NCBI RefSeq assembly: GCF_006345805.1
Contig: NW_021833432.1
Coordinates: 10,586 to 74,585 of the forward strand
From: Octopus sinensis
Taxonomy: Eukaryota
Direction of reading: 5' to 3'
DNA length: 64,000 nt
Below are positions 12,290 to 25,124 of this stretch, piece by piece. The notes beneath the pieces are model-generated. The model made no database searches. It saw only the letters and a list, made by a program, of their open reading frames with translations, and had not been told where the DNA came from. Positions within the stretch are counted from its first letter, which is position 1, and every line of letters starts with the position of its first letter. Position numbers and translations under genes: made by a program.

Positions 12290-12722
12290 TTCATTCTTTT
12301 GCTTGTTCCAGTTATTTGACTACGACCATGCTGGAGCACAGTCTTAAAGCTTGTTAGTCGAACAAATCGGCCCCAGGAATTATTCTTTGTAAGGCTAGTA
12401 CTTATTCTATCGTTCTCTTTTACCGAACCGAGAAATTACGGGGACGAAAACACACCAACATCTGTTGTGAAGCGATGGTGGAAGGACGAACACAGACGCA
12501 AAGACATACACACGTAAATAGATATGTAAACACACACACACATACACACATATATGTATGTATACGACGGGCTTCTTTCAGTTTCCGTCTACCAAATCCC
12601 CTCACAAGGCTTTGGTGGGCTCGAGGCTAGAGTAGAAGACACTTGCGCAAGGTTCCATGCAGTAGGACTGAACCCGGAACCATGTGGTTGGGATGCAAGC
12701 TTCTTGCTACACAGCCATACCT
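12290..12722 (-). mobile_element. SINE family A, near full length, tail-to-tail with the preceding copy
   Basis: Reverse complement of the family A consensus, including GACGGGCTTCTTTCAGTTTCCGTCTACCAAATC and GGACTGAACCCGGAACCATGTGG. Confidence 0.85.
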
Positions 12723-13028
12723 GAATATATTTGAACTAGAGGATTTATTACCTACACTATGGAAAGGAAACAGATGCGAATATGTCAAAAGCGCTAATGA
12801 TTCTCCCATCTCACCACTGCCTTATAAAAACGACGACAACACCAACAGCAACAACAACAACAGCAGCAACAGTGCTGCTGCTTCTGGTTACATTTTGACG
12901 CAAGGCCAGCAAGTTTATGGGTTTGGGATAAATCTATGACATCAATCACAGTAATTGAGTGATATCTTATTTAAGCAACATCAGAGAGATAAAAGGCAAG
13001 TCACATGTAATACTGGTTATTGAAACTA

Positions 13029-13068
<40 letters not shown>

Positions 13069-13109
13069 ATGTAAAGCAGATGAACCAATTTGTTTGATTA
13101 AGATGAATA

Positions 13110-13425
13110 TTAGGAGTAAATAAAGAAGAATAACATCACCAACATCATTATCGTCGTCGTTGTCGTCGTCATCATCGTCATCATCCTCGTCGTCTTCGTC
13201 GTCATCATCATTATCTTCATCACCAACATCCTCCTTCTTTTCCTCTTCCCCTTCCCTTCCCTCTTCCTCCTCCTCCTTCTTCTCCTCCTCCCCTCCACAC
13301 TCACCTCCTCCTCACCATACCCACCTCCTCCCCTCCTCCTCCGTCTTCGTTTCCCCCTCTTTCTCCTCCTCCATCTCCTCCTCATCATCATCATCAGCAG
13401 CAACTGCAGCAGCAACAGCGACAAC
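13110..13425. repeat. Degenerate (TCA/TCG/TCC)n pyrimidine-rich low-complexity tract
   Basis: Directly visible; explains the poly-Ser/poly-Arg ORFs. Confidence 0.85.
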
Positions 13426-14329
13426 GGTAAATGCTTTTATCGAGTCTCAATAATCGCCGTTTGTGCTGTGCATGGCTGAATGTTTGTCTGTAGCAGCAGA
13501 TTCTAGAGACGTGTTATATTTATATTCGCCTATTTCATGTCGTAATCGCAGAAATTTAATAATATCAAGTGAGACATCAACATTTATCATTAATATAAAA
13601 TTATATTTGATACTCTTGTTTATTTCAAAATTGAACCGGTAAAGTTGCTGCCATTATTGGTGTTGGATGTAATCTAAATGTCAGGGGAAAATAAAATAGA
13701 ATATCTAGTTTGTGTTCAGGCTTAGGTCAAACGTTAATAAACAATTTATGATATAGACACACGCGAGGACATGTAAGATAAGGAACACTAAAACTAAATT
13801 GATTCCGAAGTTGTTTTTAAATGGATGCAGTAAGCTAGCATAAAACGAGTATAAACACAGACATGAGTGTGTCGGTAAAAGAGAGCATTTCGGTGTTTGC
13901 AAACTTTGTAGACTCAAAGCGATAGAAAAGCAGTATGAATATGATACAGCGGCTGTAATGGTGAACGATAATTAGGAAGTTTTTTAGAAATTTCTTCATA
14001 AAAACTGATCATGCTATTGAAGCAAAGAATCTAGGGAGGAGTGTAGAGGACAAAAACAAAACAAACAAACAAAGGGTGTGAGATCATAAACTTTGCAAAA
14101 GAAAAATCAGGTAGGGAAAATGTTCATGGGATTAAGTCTACCACAGAGAGAAAAGGATCTCTTTAGTCCTGGCTGGTAAATCTAGAGACGGTGTCTCGGT
14201 GGTTGTGACATCTCATCAAAATTATCCTCTTCATGAGTGTAATGTCAAATAAAAATCATCACAACTGCGTTTAGGAGACCCGAACCCTGATTGAGGTTTC
14301 TCGCACGGCAAGCGCTTTACTGCGCAATC

Positions 14330-14795
14330 GAGTGGACCTGGCCGTTATCCAAATACTGCTACAAAGATTAGGAGAAAATGGAATATTGTTACGGTAGCGA
14401 GCCTACCAAAAGTGGATACCGGAAAAGAATGCATGAAATTTGGACAGAGAAATACATGTTCTCTATCTCAAATCAAAGACTTTCAGAATTAAAAAATTCA
14501 ATTTGTGGAAAAGCAGTGGCTAAATCCAACTGGATACCGGTAGTAATAGGAGCAATTGGCACAACACACACAAAAAAGGTTACCAAAAAGACTGCAAGAA
14601 ACTGGAATTGAAATTCACATTGTCAACCTACAGAAAAGTTTCATTCTATATTCTGCAAGAATTCTTAGAAAGATTCTTGAGATTTGAGGAGACTTGTTGT
14701 TACCAAACATCAAAAGAAAACGCCTGATAAATTTGCATGGAATAGCGAAATAATAATAATAATAATAATATTAATATTAATAATAATAATAATAC
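14330..14795 (+). mobile_element. Internally deleted R4/Dong-like non-LTR retrotransposon with (TAA)n tail
   Basis: N-terminal CYGSEPTKSGYRKRMHEIW..SNQRL fused to C-terminal IPVVIGAIG..LQKSFILYSARILRKILEI*, then short 3'UTR and (TAA)n. Confidence 0.75.
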
Positions 14796-14804
14796 CAAAC
14801 TAAC

Positions 14805-15539
14805 GTTCTCCAAAACAGTTTTGACCCCACATGCATTCTGGGATAAATTTGATGAATCAATGGGCCATCTCGTCTCGGGATGTCCTGTGCTGACACCGAA
14901 AGAATACAAAAATCTCCACAATAGGGTAGGACAGTTTTTAGATTAGAAAATATTTAAACACTACAAAACCAGCACTCCTGCTTACTGGAATGAACATCAT
15001 CCTGAGCCAGTCATTGAATGTGAAAACGTCACTATCCTCTGAGATTTTCCAGTCAACACTGCCAGAAAGATCCAGGCTATTCGACGAGACATAGTCGTTA
15101 AAGACGGGCAAGAAAATACTTTTAGACTAATAGATATGTGTTCCCACTGATAAAATTATATCTGCAAAGGAATTTGACAAATGACGTAAATATAAGGACC
15201 TGAAAATTGAAATACAAAAGATGTGGCATCTTAAGGCGAGAATTGTTCTTTTTATTTTGGGTGCTCTACGCATGATATGAGAGGGATGTCAGAAATATCT
15301 TGATAATATCCCAGGAGAATCATGTCTCAGAGATATTCAAAAGATTGTGTTGAGATGTATTGCCCACGTCCTTAGAAAACTGTCTGTGTTGCATTGCATG
15401 AAGATATTTCGCTACTACACCTTTCACTCTCCCTCCCTCAACCTTTCAGTCATATTGTACTACCTCTCATCCTTCACTCACCTTTGGACACTGGGTGTGT
15501 CTCTGCAAGTGGTTGTAACAAACATGCAGATTAAAAGTA

Positions 15540-15619
<80 letters not shown>

Positions 15620-15620
15620 T
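14805..15620 (+). mobile_element. 5'-truncated R4/Dong-like LINE (CCHC plus restriction-like endonuclease pseudogene) with (TAA)n tail
   Basis: DPTC..DESMGHLVSGCPVL..EYKNLHNRVG..EHHPEPVIECENVTIL*DFPVNT..RRDIVVKD..KYKDLKIEIQKMW..ILGAL..IQKIVL..AHVLRK across stops and frameshifts; long (TAA)n at 15538-15620. Confidence 0.85.
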
Positions 15621-16906
15621 GTAATATGTATCTCTGGTAGGTTCGGCTGTTGATGCTTCCGTGCCAGGAGAGATTGCTTCGAACAGGAAATCTCTTCCTG
15701 TAGCACTGCTATGCCAAAGACTTTGCAAATTGTCCATTATCTTCGACCCAAAAGCCCCCTGAAGGAGGCTACTCAGATTATTCTAGTCATAGTCAATCGT
15801 AGGCCATCGTCGCTCATTCCTTCAACTACCCCCTAACGATTTTGTCCTGCTGGTACAATTCAGTGAGCGCTTGGCAACTTTCTAATGCCAAACGCCCAAC
15901 TTTGGCCCAGGTCTAACCTATGACTACAGCTCTGTCAATGAGATGATCTGCGGAAAGACGTGTCAAACGAATGACGCCCATGCCAGTTCACTCTTGCTTT
16001 CGTTGCCAGCGAATAAATATGATGGTCATTCTCGTCGATTTCCACGTATGAGTGTTTGAAGGAAAGAATTTAGAAAAAGAATACGATTAAGGATAAAAAA
16101 AAGCTGCACCTATTTGCGATGGGTGCGTAAATGTAGTTTGAGTCCAGATATGGATTTTGCTATGAAACCACGATGGAAACAATGACGATCTTGATTTATG
16201 CCTGGAATTGAACAAATGTGATAAATATGCTGAAAGTAAGATATAATCATTTTATTGTTCTGTTTCTTAAATTTAAGTTTTTAGAATTTGGTATCAATGT
16301 CGATGAAGAGGGTACATTTGGATTTTCAAAAGAAAAATTGCAAACACAGATTCCTTATAATCCCTAAAAGTGCTGCTCTCTCTTTGGGATTGTCATTAAT
16401 CTGACGAGCGTGAGATTGCAACAAGGGGCCGACCGGAGTGGGAGGCCTGTTTCGTATTCATGTTTCTAGAACTTGTTACTATCGGGGCTGGTCGCTGTGC
16501 ATTGTTTAGATTTAAATACTGTATTTTTAAACACTCTCTTTATAAGAGAAGATAGACTGCTACGGTCTCCAAAATCGCGCTTTGGATTTTAATATAAGAG
16601 GTACCAATGCTTTGCATGTAGCCCCAACTGAATTATAGAAGTAAAGAAGTGCAGTGAGAGTGTGCAGTTTGCAGCTATGGATAGTTTTTCTTTCTGTTTA
16701 TTAAGAACTGATCGCAAGATTATAAGGGGATCGGAGTCGTAACTGACATTTTCGGGAGCAGCGGTAAATAGCAAATCCAAAGTGTTTGTTACATCTTACA
16801 GAAAAAGGTGAATACACGGGACCAGTTCGAAACCAGTAAAGAAACCATTGACGATTTTAAACCAGCGAAGGGTTTCCGAATCAAACTCTTGGTAATTGAA
16901 ATGTGT

Positions 16907-17860
16907 TCATGTATGTATGTATGTATGTATGTATGTATGTATGTATGTATGTATGTATGTATGTATGTATGTATGTATGTATGTATGTGTGCATGTGTGC
17001 ATGTATGTATGCATGTAAGTATGCATGCATGTATGCATGTAAGTATACATGCATGTGTGCATGTATGTATATATGTGTGCATGTATGTGTGTGTACATGT
17101 ATGTATGTATATATGTATGTGTGTATGTATGTATATGTGTGTATGCATGTATGTATCTACATGTGTATGTATGTGTGTATGTATGTATGTATGTATGTAT
17201 GTATGTATGTGCGTATGTATTTAGGTATGTATGTGTGTATGTATTTATGTATGTATTTATGTGTGTATGTATTTATGTGTGTATGTATTTATATATATAT
17301 ATGTATATATTTTTGTATGTATATATGTATGTATTTATGTATGTATGTATATATGTATGTATGTATTTATGCATGTATGTATTTTTTGTATGTGTATGTA
17401 CGTATGTATGTGTATGTATGTGTGTATGTATGTATGTATGTAATTTATGTATTTTTGCATGTACGTATGTATGTATTAATATATGTATGAATTTACGTAT
17501 GTATGTACGTATTTATATATGTATGTATATATTAATGTACGTACGTATGTATGTATGTATGTATGTATGTATTATGTATTATGTATGTATGTATGTATTT
17601 ATGCATGTACGTATCTATTTATGTATGCATGTATGTATGTATGTATTGACGTATGTAGGTATTTATGTACGTATATATTTATGTATGTAAGTATTGATGT
17701 ATGTAAGTATGTATGTATGTATATATGTATGTATGTATGTATTGTTGTATGTATGGAGGTATTTATGTACGTATATATTTTTGTATATAAGTATGTATGT
17801 ATGTATGTATGTATGTATGTATGTATGTATGTATGTATGTATGTATGTATGTACGTATAT
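16907..17860. repeat. ~950-bp degenerate (TATG)n array
   Basis: Directly visible; source of MYVC-repeat ORFs. Confidence 0.95.
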
Positions 17861-19049
17861 ATACGTGTAGATATGCATATTTTGTTTTTATATATGTTTT
17901 TTCGTGCATTTGGTTTCATATATACTTAAATGGTAAACTACTGGAAAGTTCTACAGATTTTTACAGCTCCAGTGATGGATTGGATCTGTAGTCTTCGAAT
18001 CAGCTTTCTCCTTTCTGGTTTTGAGAAATCTAATTTCTCAAGATTGGCATTTAGGCAGTGTGTTACATAATGCAGTGTCCCAATAATTACAGGTATAAAA
18101 GTGAACTTGCAATTTGGATAGAGTAACTGAAGATTGCTTAATTGTTCAGTATTTGTCTGTGAGAGACTGCTTCGGTGTATGTATGCATGTATGCGGGCGT
18201 GCAGGTGTGTATTGCCTGCTTTTGCTGCATTTCTCTAAACTAGATGCACTATGATGTCTGAAGAATGCACTATGATGGCATGATAGCGTACAGCTATCAA
18301 GCCATTGACAATGTCTATGTTGGATTAAGACTAGGCACCGTCATTGCGGTTTGTTCGTGAATTGGACTGGTACTTCTAAAAAAGACATCTAAATATCAGT
18401 CGTAACCTTCAAATATTTATTTTTAAAAATCCAGCATGGGAGATAACTCTTAAGTTTTACTCTTTAGAGTTATTCCCCTTGACAACTTTATTCTTGATTC
18501 TAAATTTCCATTCCACCTTGTAATTAAAAAAAAGGGGGAACACTGGCGGCAAGTGGAAAGATGAACCCACAACTACTATTACTTATTAAATAAACTCTCT
18601 TACAAATATAGGCGTACAACGTATGAAGGGCGCATGAGTAATAAATTAGTTGCCTTACACCATAAGTTAGTCTACCGCAATGTCAATGCAAATGATTCGA
18701 TCTCTGTAAAAATCAACCCACAAAAGAACAGGTTGCATGGCTAATGGAAATCAGTATGGAAAACAAATGATCAATAAAACAAACAAGCTATATGATTAAA
18801 ATAACTGGAGCATGACTACTGCAGGCATATCCAGCATAAGCAATTTTAAATAGATGGCGAAATATTGGAAACAGTTCTATAGTTCTATAGGAAATTTTCG
18901 CCTTCGATCGTTGTATGGAGAAAATATGAAGAACTGCTCAAATGATTAACGACTGTAACTACTCTCCACATCCCTCAAAATAGCCAAACCCTTGCTAAAA
19001 TTTACCGCATAATAGGGTAAAGATAAAGGCCTCATTCGGTCATGAATGA

Positions 19050-19361
19050 CCATAGGATTGCAGTTTGAAAGTTCCCCTCCGAGACATAAGTCCAGGCAGA
19101 TTTGTTTATGGAAGACCAGCAGTCGCCCTTGCACATCAGCTCTCCCTCTTCACGCCATTCCTGTTTTCCAAGGGAAATGCAAACGGGCCGATACAGCATC
19201 GTACCAGCAAACGTCGCAACATGAATATACAGATGAGTGAACTGGAGCATGAATATAAAGTGTCTCGCTCAAGAACACAACACGAGCCCCGTCAGGGAAT
19301 CGAACTCACAACCTCATAGTAGTGAGCCCGAGGCTCTAACCACTGAGCTATGTACCTTCAC
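19050..19361 (-). mobile_element. tRNA-derived SINE (head shared with the 55915 copy)
   Basis: Minus strand GTGAAGGTACATAGCTCAGTGGTTAGAGC..GAGTTCGATTCCC (A and B boxes), then GTTGTGTTCTTGAGCGAGACACTTTA. Confidence 0.8.
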
Positions 19362-19419
19362 CGCCCAGTAGTCTGCCCGAACGTTTATGTGTAAGCTTTC
19401 CACTTGGTGCCTCAAACTG

Positions 19420-20810
19420 TTCTTGCAGGATATTTGTGCTACCAACAACAATATAACACCTGAGCAAGTTAGATGTAAAAAAGTGGCGTGGAGCTGTATA
19501 CTGCAGTAACTAATTAACAAAATGATCCAAGAAAAAAAAAGACAACAATCGCAGCAACTCAACCGTTGTGACTGGACTACCAGAAGGCTTTCGATAGTAA
19601 GCCACATGGGTCGATTAACAGGGCTTTACAGTTAGCCAATATTCAACCATCACCGGCGAGTGCTATTGAACGCCTGACCAAAACCTGGCGCATCACGTTG
19701 TACCTTAAGAGTGATAAGTTTCAAATCGAGTCGGAGAGAATCCATTACCTGAAAGCATCTTTCAAGGTGATAGCCTGTCGGTGTTACTCTTTGTCCTCTC
19801 ATTAAATCCACTGTCATACCTGCTCACAAAAAAATAGTGACCAAAGAAATGGATCCAGAAGTATCTCTCATGTTTTCTTTGCCGACGGCATGAAAATGTA
19901 TGGATAAAATGTATGCATAAAAAGCAATTGAACTTATAAGCCAATTTTCTATAGACATTAGGATGAAATTTGGTGAGTCTAAATGTGCTTTTTGACAGTA
20001 AAGCAAGGAAAGGTTGTGTACATTCCTCTGAAATCCTAAGAATAACTGGCTTGGCAATACAACCTCAAAAGTCAGGTGACAATTATAGATATTTCGGACG
20101 GGATGCAAATGTCAGATATGATGCACCTGTAAATAAGGAGAAGACCAGAAATGAATATCCACGGTCATTAGAAATTTCAGCTTACAACAAACATTTTCCA
20201 CAACGCCTTTGCAGTGCCTGTCCTCACGCCTACATTAGTTCTTCTGAACTGAATGGGGGAGATGTTCGAATCAATGGAGATACAGACAGTCTATATTCCC
20301 CACGCAATGAAGGTGGCTGTGGTCTCAAATCTATACTGATGTCATTTGAAGCACGGATTGTGACACTGAAACGACATCTGCAGCAGAGGAAAGAGACCAA
20401 TAAATATCGTGTCTAAGTTTTTACTATCACACGAACAACATAAAAAGGCCAGATATTGTTGTGTGGGACCATAAAGAAAAGACATGCTGAGTTTTGGAAA
20501 TCAGTTTCCCACTGATCACTGGGCTTCTTTATACGACGGGCTTCTTTCAGTTTCCGTCTGCCAAATCTACTCACAAGGCTTTAGCCGGCCCTATGATATA
20601 GTAGAAGACACTTGCCCGAGGTGCCACGCAGTGGGACTGAACCCGGAACCATGTGGTTGGTAAGCAAGCTATTTACCACGCACTCACTCCTGTGCCTATA
20701 TAGAACATCTATAGCACATTGATAAGAAGTTTGCAAATCCAGTACCCAAGATACACTTTCAGCTTCCTACCCATTATTATTGGAGCAATAGGCTACATCA
20801 GGCACGTAGC
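19420..20810 (+). mobile_element. R4/Dong-like LINE RT and RLE pseudogene fragment, interrupted by a SINE
   Basis: DYQKAFDS, QGDSLS, FADGM (degenerate catalytic motif), KFGESKC, LYSPRNEGGCGLKSI, RPDIVVWD, FLPIIIGAIGY with many frameshifts. Confidence 0.85.
20530..20697 (-). mobile_element. SINE family A 5' half inserted in the LINE fragment
   Basis: Reverse complement of head through GAAGCCCGTCGTATA. Confidence 0.85.
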
Positions 20811-21659
20811 TACGGTGCGGGGGGGGGGCTATGGGGTGCTCAGCACCCCCAGTTAGAATCGCTGCCCCTCCACCCCAGTATGAGAAAGCTAAAAGTCCAA
20901 TATCTGAAGTCGCTAAAGATGCAATTTCTTTGGATTTAGTAGTTAGTGATATGAAAATATGGGTATATTAAAGCTGGTCAAAGTGTTTGTTGTAGCTGTA
21001 ACTGTTGTAGCAGAATTGGCTGCTGACCCGGTCATCAACTGTACGTTGAATCAAGGAGTGGGGGATGCTGGGTCAGTTGTTGTTGTTGTTGTTGTGGTGG
21101 TGCTCGTGGTGGCGACGGCGGTGCTGGTGATCGTCTTTGTTGCTGTTGAAAATTTATGGTAGTAAACGCATCACTTACATATATATATGAACAGAGACGG
21201 ACATTAAAAAGTCTAACCCTAGTCAGAGAGGATTATTATTGGCGAAAAAGGGAAGAAAATTTTTGAAATTTCCCAAAATATACATTCAGAAAGTATTTTT
21301 CAGGTGAGAGCTTTCACTGAATAATTTTTCTTACTCTTTGAACAAAGTTTATACCGAAATTATTTTGTGTTTAACTAAAAAAGCATAACTTTGAAGAAAT
21401 TGAAAAAAAAAATTGCTTGAACCGAGATCTCTTTCGAGTTTAATTTAAAAATACATAAATTGTTACTCTTACTACGCTTCTCTGCCCTAGGTGTACGGAA
21501 AACACTCGACGAGAAATAGAAGAAAACTTGAAGAAAGAAGGAAAAAAATAAATAATAACATCTAAAAATACCTTGGGAATGAGAACCCAGGTTCGAAATT
21601 TCCATTTCAACAGTATTTAACCACAACTTGCTACCTATTTCCCTACGCTACTGATCTAA

Positions 21660-21950
21660 ATCTTGGTATTTGCTAATTTCCACTCAGTACAATGCCCATG
21701 AGGTCGTCTCTTCCTTTGGAATAAATATGTCTTTTATGGTCCCACACAACAATATCTGGCGGGTTATGTTAGCCTTTTCATGTTTTTCGTTTCATAGTCA
21801 CAAATTTAGGATAGTTCATCTCCTCGGGACAGTATAACTACATCAGGCGTGGCACACATATAGTCCAACCATATTCGATCTCTATCCCAATGGTTCACAA
21901 CCGGAGTCCATATCAGATATTGTAGCTAAAAGTTATATGCAATAAATTAG
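21660..21950 (-). mobile_element. Inverted R4/Dong-like RLE fragment
   Basis: 28-bp exact inverse of GCCAGATATTGTTGTGTGGGACCATAAA found at about 20448. Confidence 0.5.
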
Positions 21951-21984
21951 TTTTTCTTCTACAATACACAAAGCATTTTAACAA

Positions 21985-22245
21985 CTGTTGTGTGTGGGGA
22001 GAATCATTCTCTTTTCGGGCCTTATAATTAAACACAGACACCGGTAAAATTTCCACTTATTTCCTTATTTATTTATCTAAAATTTCCGTTGCGTTTTGCA
22101 AACTTTTCGATAGTTTTGACTCTAACGAAAAGGTTGCTAGAAGCAACGAAAATTTTAGAAAGATAATGAAGGAAATGACTGGAACTTTTACCGAGTATAA
22201 GGCACTAAAAGAGGATGACTGTCCTCAGACAACAGAATGTGCTTC
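21985..22245. repeat. Imperfect fold-back inverted repeat (~120-bp arms)
   Basis: CGGTAAAATTTCCAC..TCTAAAATTTCCGTTGC..TTTTCG / CGAAAAGG..GCAACGAAAATTTTAGA..GGAACTTTTACCG; extends outward through TATAAGGC..AAAAGAG. Confidence 0.75.
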
Positions 22246-22799
22246 AACACACGAACTCACATAAAGATTCTTGCAAACCAAATCCAAAAAACGAAATATT
22301 TTAACAACCTTTTAATACAATTCCTAATCATATTTAAATATTAAAATGTAATACGATTTTTGAAACATCGAATTATATACATACATGCATACATGCATAA
22401 ATACATATATACATCGATTTTTGAAACATCGAATGTTTATGGGGGTACAACATGGCAAAATATGAATCAAAGTACAAAAAGCGAAAGTAACAATTGGTTT
22501 TTCGTGGAGTTTATGTTCTTAAGAGAGTTCGAACCGGTTGCTAACAAAGCAACAGGACTCTCTGAATTAAGTGAAACACCGGTGTTTGTGTATATATGGG
22601 TGAGTTGGAATGCTGGTTGAACTGTGAATGCATATATACGAATCTCACGTGGAGAATCTCTGGAACTGGATTTTCTTACAAATCTTTTCTGTGTCACTAA
22701 TAGACTGGATTTGTAGAATCCACGCTGGCTTCTTTTTCTCTTTTCCTGCGAAACCAAGTATTTCTAGGTTTTACTGCAAATTTGTTAATACATCTCTGA

Positions 22800-22816
22800 C
22801 GATGTGTATGTATGTC

Positions 22817-22848
<32 letters not shown>

Positions 22849-23470
22849 TGTATGTGTATGTATGTATGTATGTATGTATGTATGTATGTATATATGCATG
22901 CATGCATGTATATATGCATGCATGCATGTATGTATGTATGTATGTACGTATGTATGTATTCTCATAGAAGCCCATGCAACTGCTACACGTCCGTCGAATC
23001 CATGTATGTATGTATGTATGTATGTATGCATGTATGCATGCATGTATGTATTAATTTATGTATGCATGTATGTATTTATTTATATATGTATGTATTTATT
23101 TATTTATATATGTATGTATGTATTTATTTATTTATATATGTATGTATTTATTTATATATGTATGTATGTATGTATTTATTTATATATGTATGTATGTATA
23201 TATTATATATGTATGTATGTATTTATTTGTATGTATTTATGTATGTGTATACATGTATGTATGCATGCATGTATGCATGTATGTATGTATGCATACATGT
23301 ATGCATGTATGTATGTATGCATGTATGCATGTACGTATGTATGCATGTATGCATGTACGTATGCATGTATGCATGTTATATGTATATATGTATATATGCA
23401 TGTATGTATGTATGTATGTATGTATGTATGTATGTATGTATGTATGTATGTATGTATGTATGTATGGATT
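22800..23470. repeat. Degenerate (TATG)n/(TGCA)n array
   Basis: Directly visible. Confidence 0.95.
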
Positions 23471-23794
23471 CTCATAGAAGCCTATGCATTGTTACTCAGG
23501 TCCTTCGAATACAAATAACGTAAAGATTTTTATATTCAAGGGAGGTAACTTACTCAAACTGGCAAATAGGCATGTCTGAGTACATTCCCTTACATAATTT
23601 TTATACGCTGATTGACAGCACCTTAAATAGAGTTTTCGTTGATACGTAATAAATTTGGTAATCCATTCAACACCACATTTAACTATATACACGTACATGT
23701 ATATATACCCTATTTTTCCGTGCATCAAAATTAGTTATTCCCTTACATTTTATGGATTTTTTCACTAGTAATATATATCATGTTCAATATCACT

Positions 23795-23900
23795 CACTGC
23801 TTGGCACAATGGGCAGGTGCCTTCTACTATAGCCTTGGGCCGACCAAAGCCTTTCCAGTGGATCTGGTAGATGGAAATTAAAAGAAGCCCGTCGTGCATG

Positions 23901-23945
<45 letters not shown>

Positions 23946-24160
23946 GTTTGTGTGTGTAAGTGTGTGTGTGTATGTTTGTGTGTCTGTGTTTGGTACCGCC
24001 CCATCATCGCTTGACAACTGCTGTGTAACCCGTAACTTTGCAAAAGAGAACAATAGAATTAGTACTAGCCTTACAAAGAATACGTTTTGTGGTCAGTTCG
24101 ACAAAAGGCGTTGCTCTAGCACGGCCGCAATCAAATGACTGAAACAAATAAAGGAGTCAA
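23795..24160 (+). mobile_element. SINE family A, 5'-truncated
   Basis: TGGGCAGGTGCCTTCTACTATAGCCTTGGGCCGACCAAAGCC..internal (TA)(TG)..GACTGAAACAAATAAA. Confidence 0.85.
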
Positions 24161-24196
24161 AGAATAATTATATATATGTATATATATATGCACGAC

Positions 24197-24476
24197 GGGA
24201 AAGTAGTTCAGATGCAAGTCCAACCGAATAGGAAGTCCAGTGAGGATCGAAGTGGGGTAACCAATCGAACGTATAATGGTGCAAAATTATCACAGAATTA
24301 TTACTCAGTTTCATGTTCCCGTTCGTCTGATACTGACAGTCATAATACATTCATATATATACATATACATATATTTGTATATGTATATGTATCTATATAT
24401 ACATATACATATGTATATATATACATATATGTATATGGATATACATAACTGTATATGTATACATATATACATACAA

Positions 24477-24535
<59 letters not shown>

Positions 24536-24562
24536 CACACATATATATATATATATACACAC

Positions 24563-24613
<51 letters not shown>

Positions 24614-25010
24614 CATATATACATATATATACATATATGTATATGTATGTATATATATATACATGTTTGTATATATACATATATGTATATACGTATACAT
24701 ATATGTATGTATATATGCATGTATATATGTATATGTATATGTATATATACATATACAGTTATCTATATCCATATACATATATGTATATATATACATATGT
24801 ATATGTATATATAGATACATATACATATACAAATATATGTATATGTATATATATGAATGTATTATGACTGTCAGTATCAGACGAACGGGAACATGAAACT
24901 GAGTAATAATTCTGTGATAATTTTGCACCATTATACGTTCGATTGGTTACCCCACTTCGATCCTCACTGGACTTCCTATTCGGTTGGACTTGCATCTGAA
25001 CTACTTTCCC
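24197..25010. repeat. Near-perfect inverted repeat, arms ~24197-24461 and ~24746-25010, around a (TA)/(TACA) spacer
   Basis: GGGAAAGTAGTTCAGATGCAAGTCC... vs ...GGACTTGCATCTGAACTACTTTCCC; ORF track shows identical MVQNYHRII.. peptides on both strands; one clear mismatch (ATACATAAC/ATAGATAAC). Confidence 0.97.
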
Positions 25011-25124
25011 AACATTTCAGTATCTCTCCTCTTCCACAGACGAGAACTCCACCCGGATTACTACTGGATCTTTGTTCTCTTTTGGATCCCACTGACTATT
25101 ATCGTTTATATATTTATATATATT

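Noticed and set aside
14270-14340. Possible HDV-like ribozyme at the 5' end of the Dong-like element
   Set aside because: Only a simple GGAGACC/GGTTTCT hairpin; too little sequence for the P2/P3 pseudoknot
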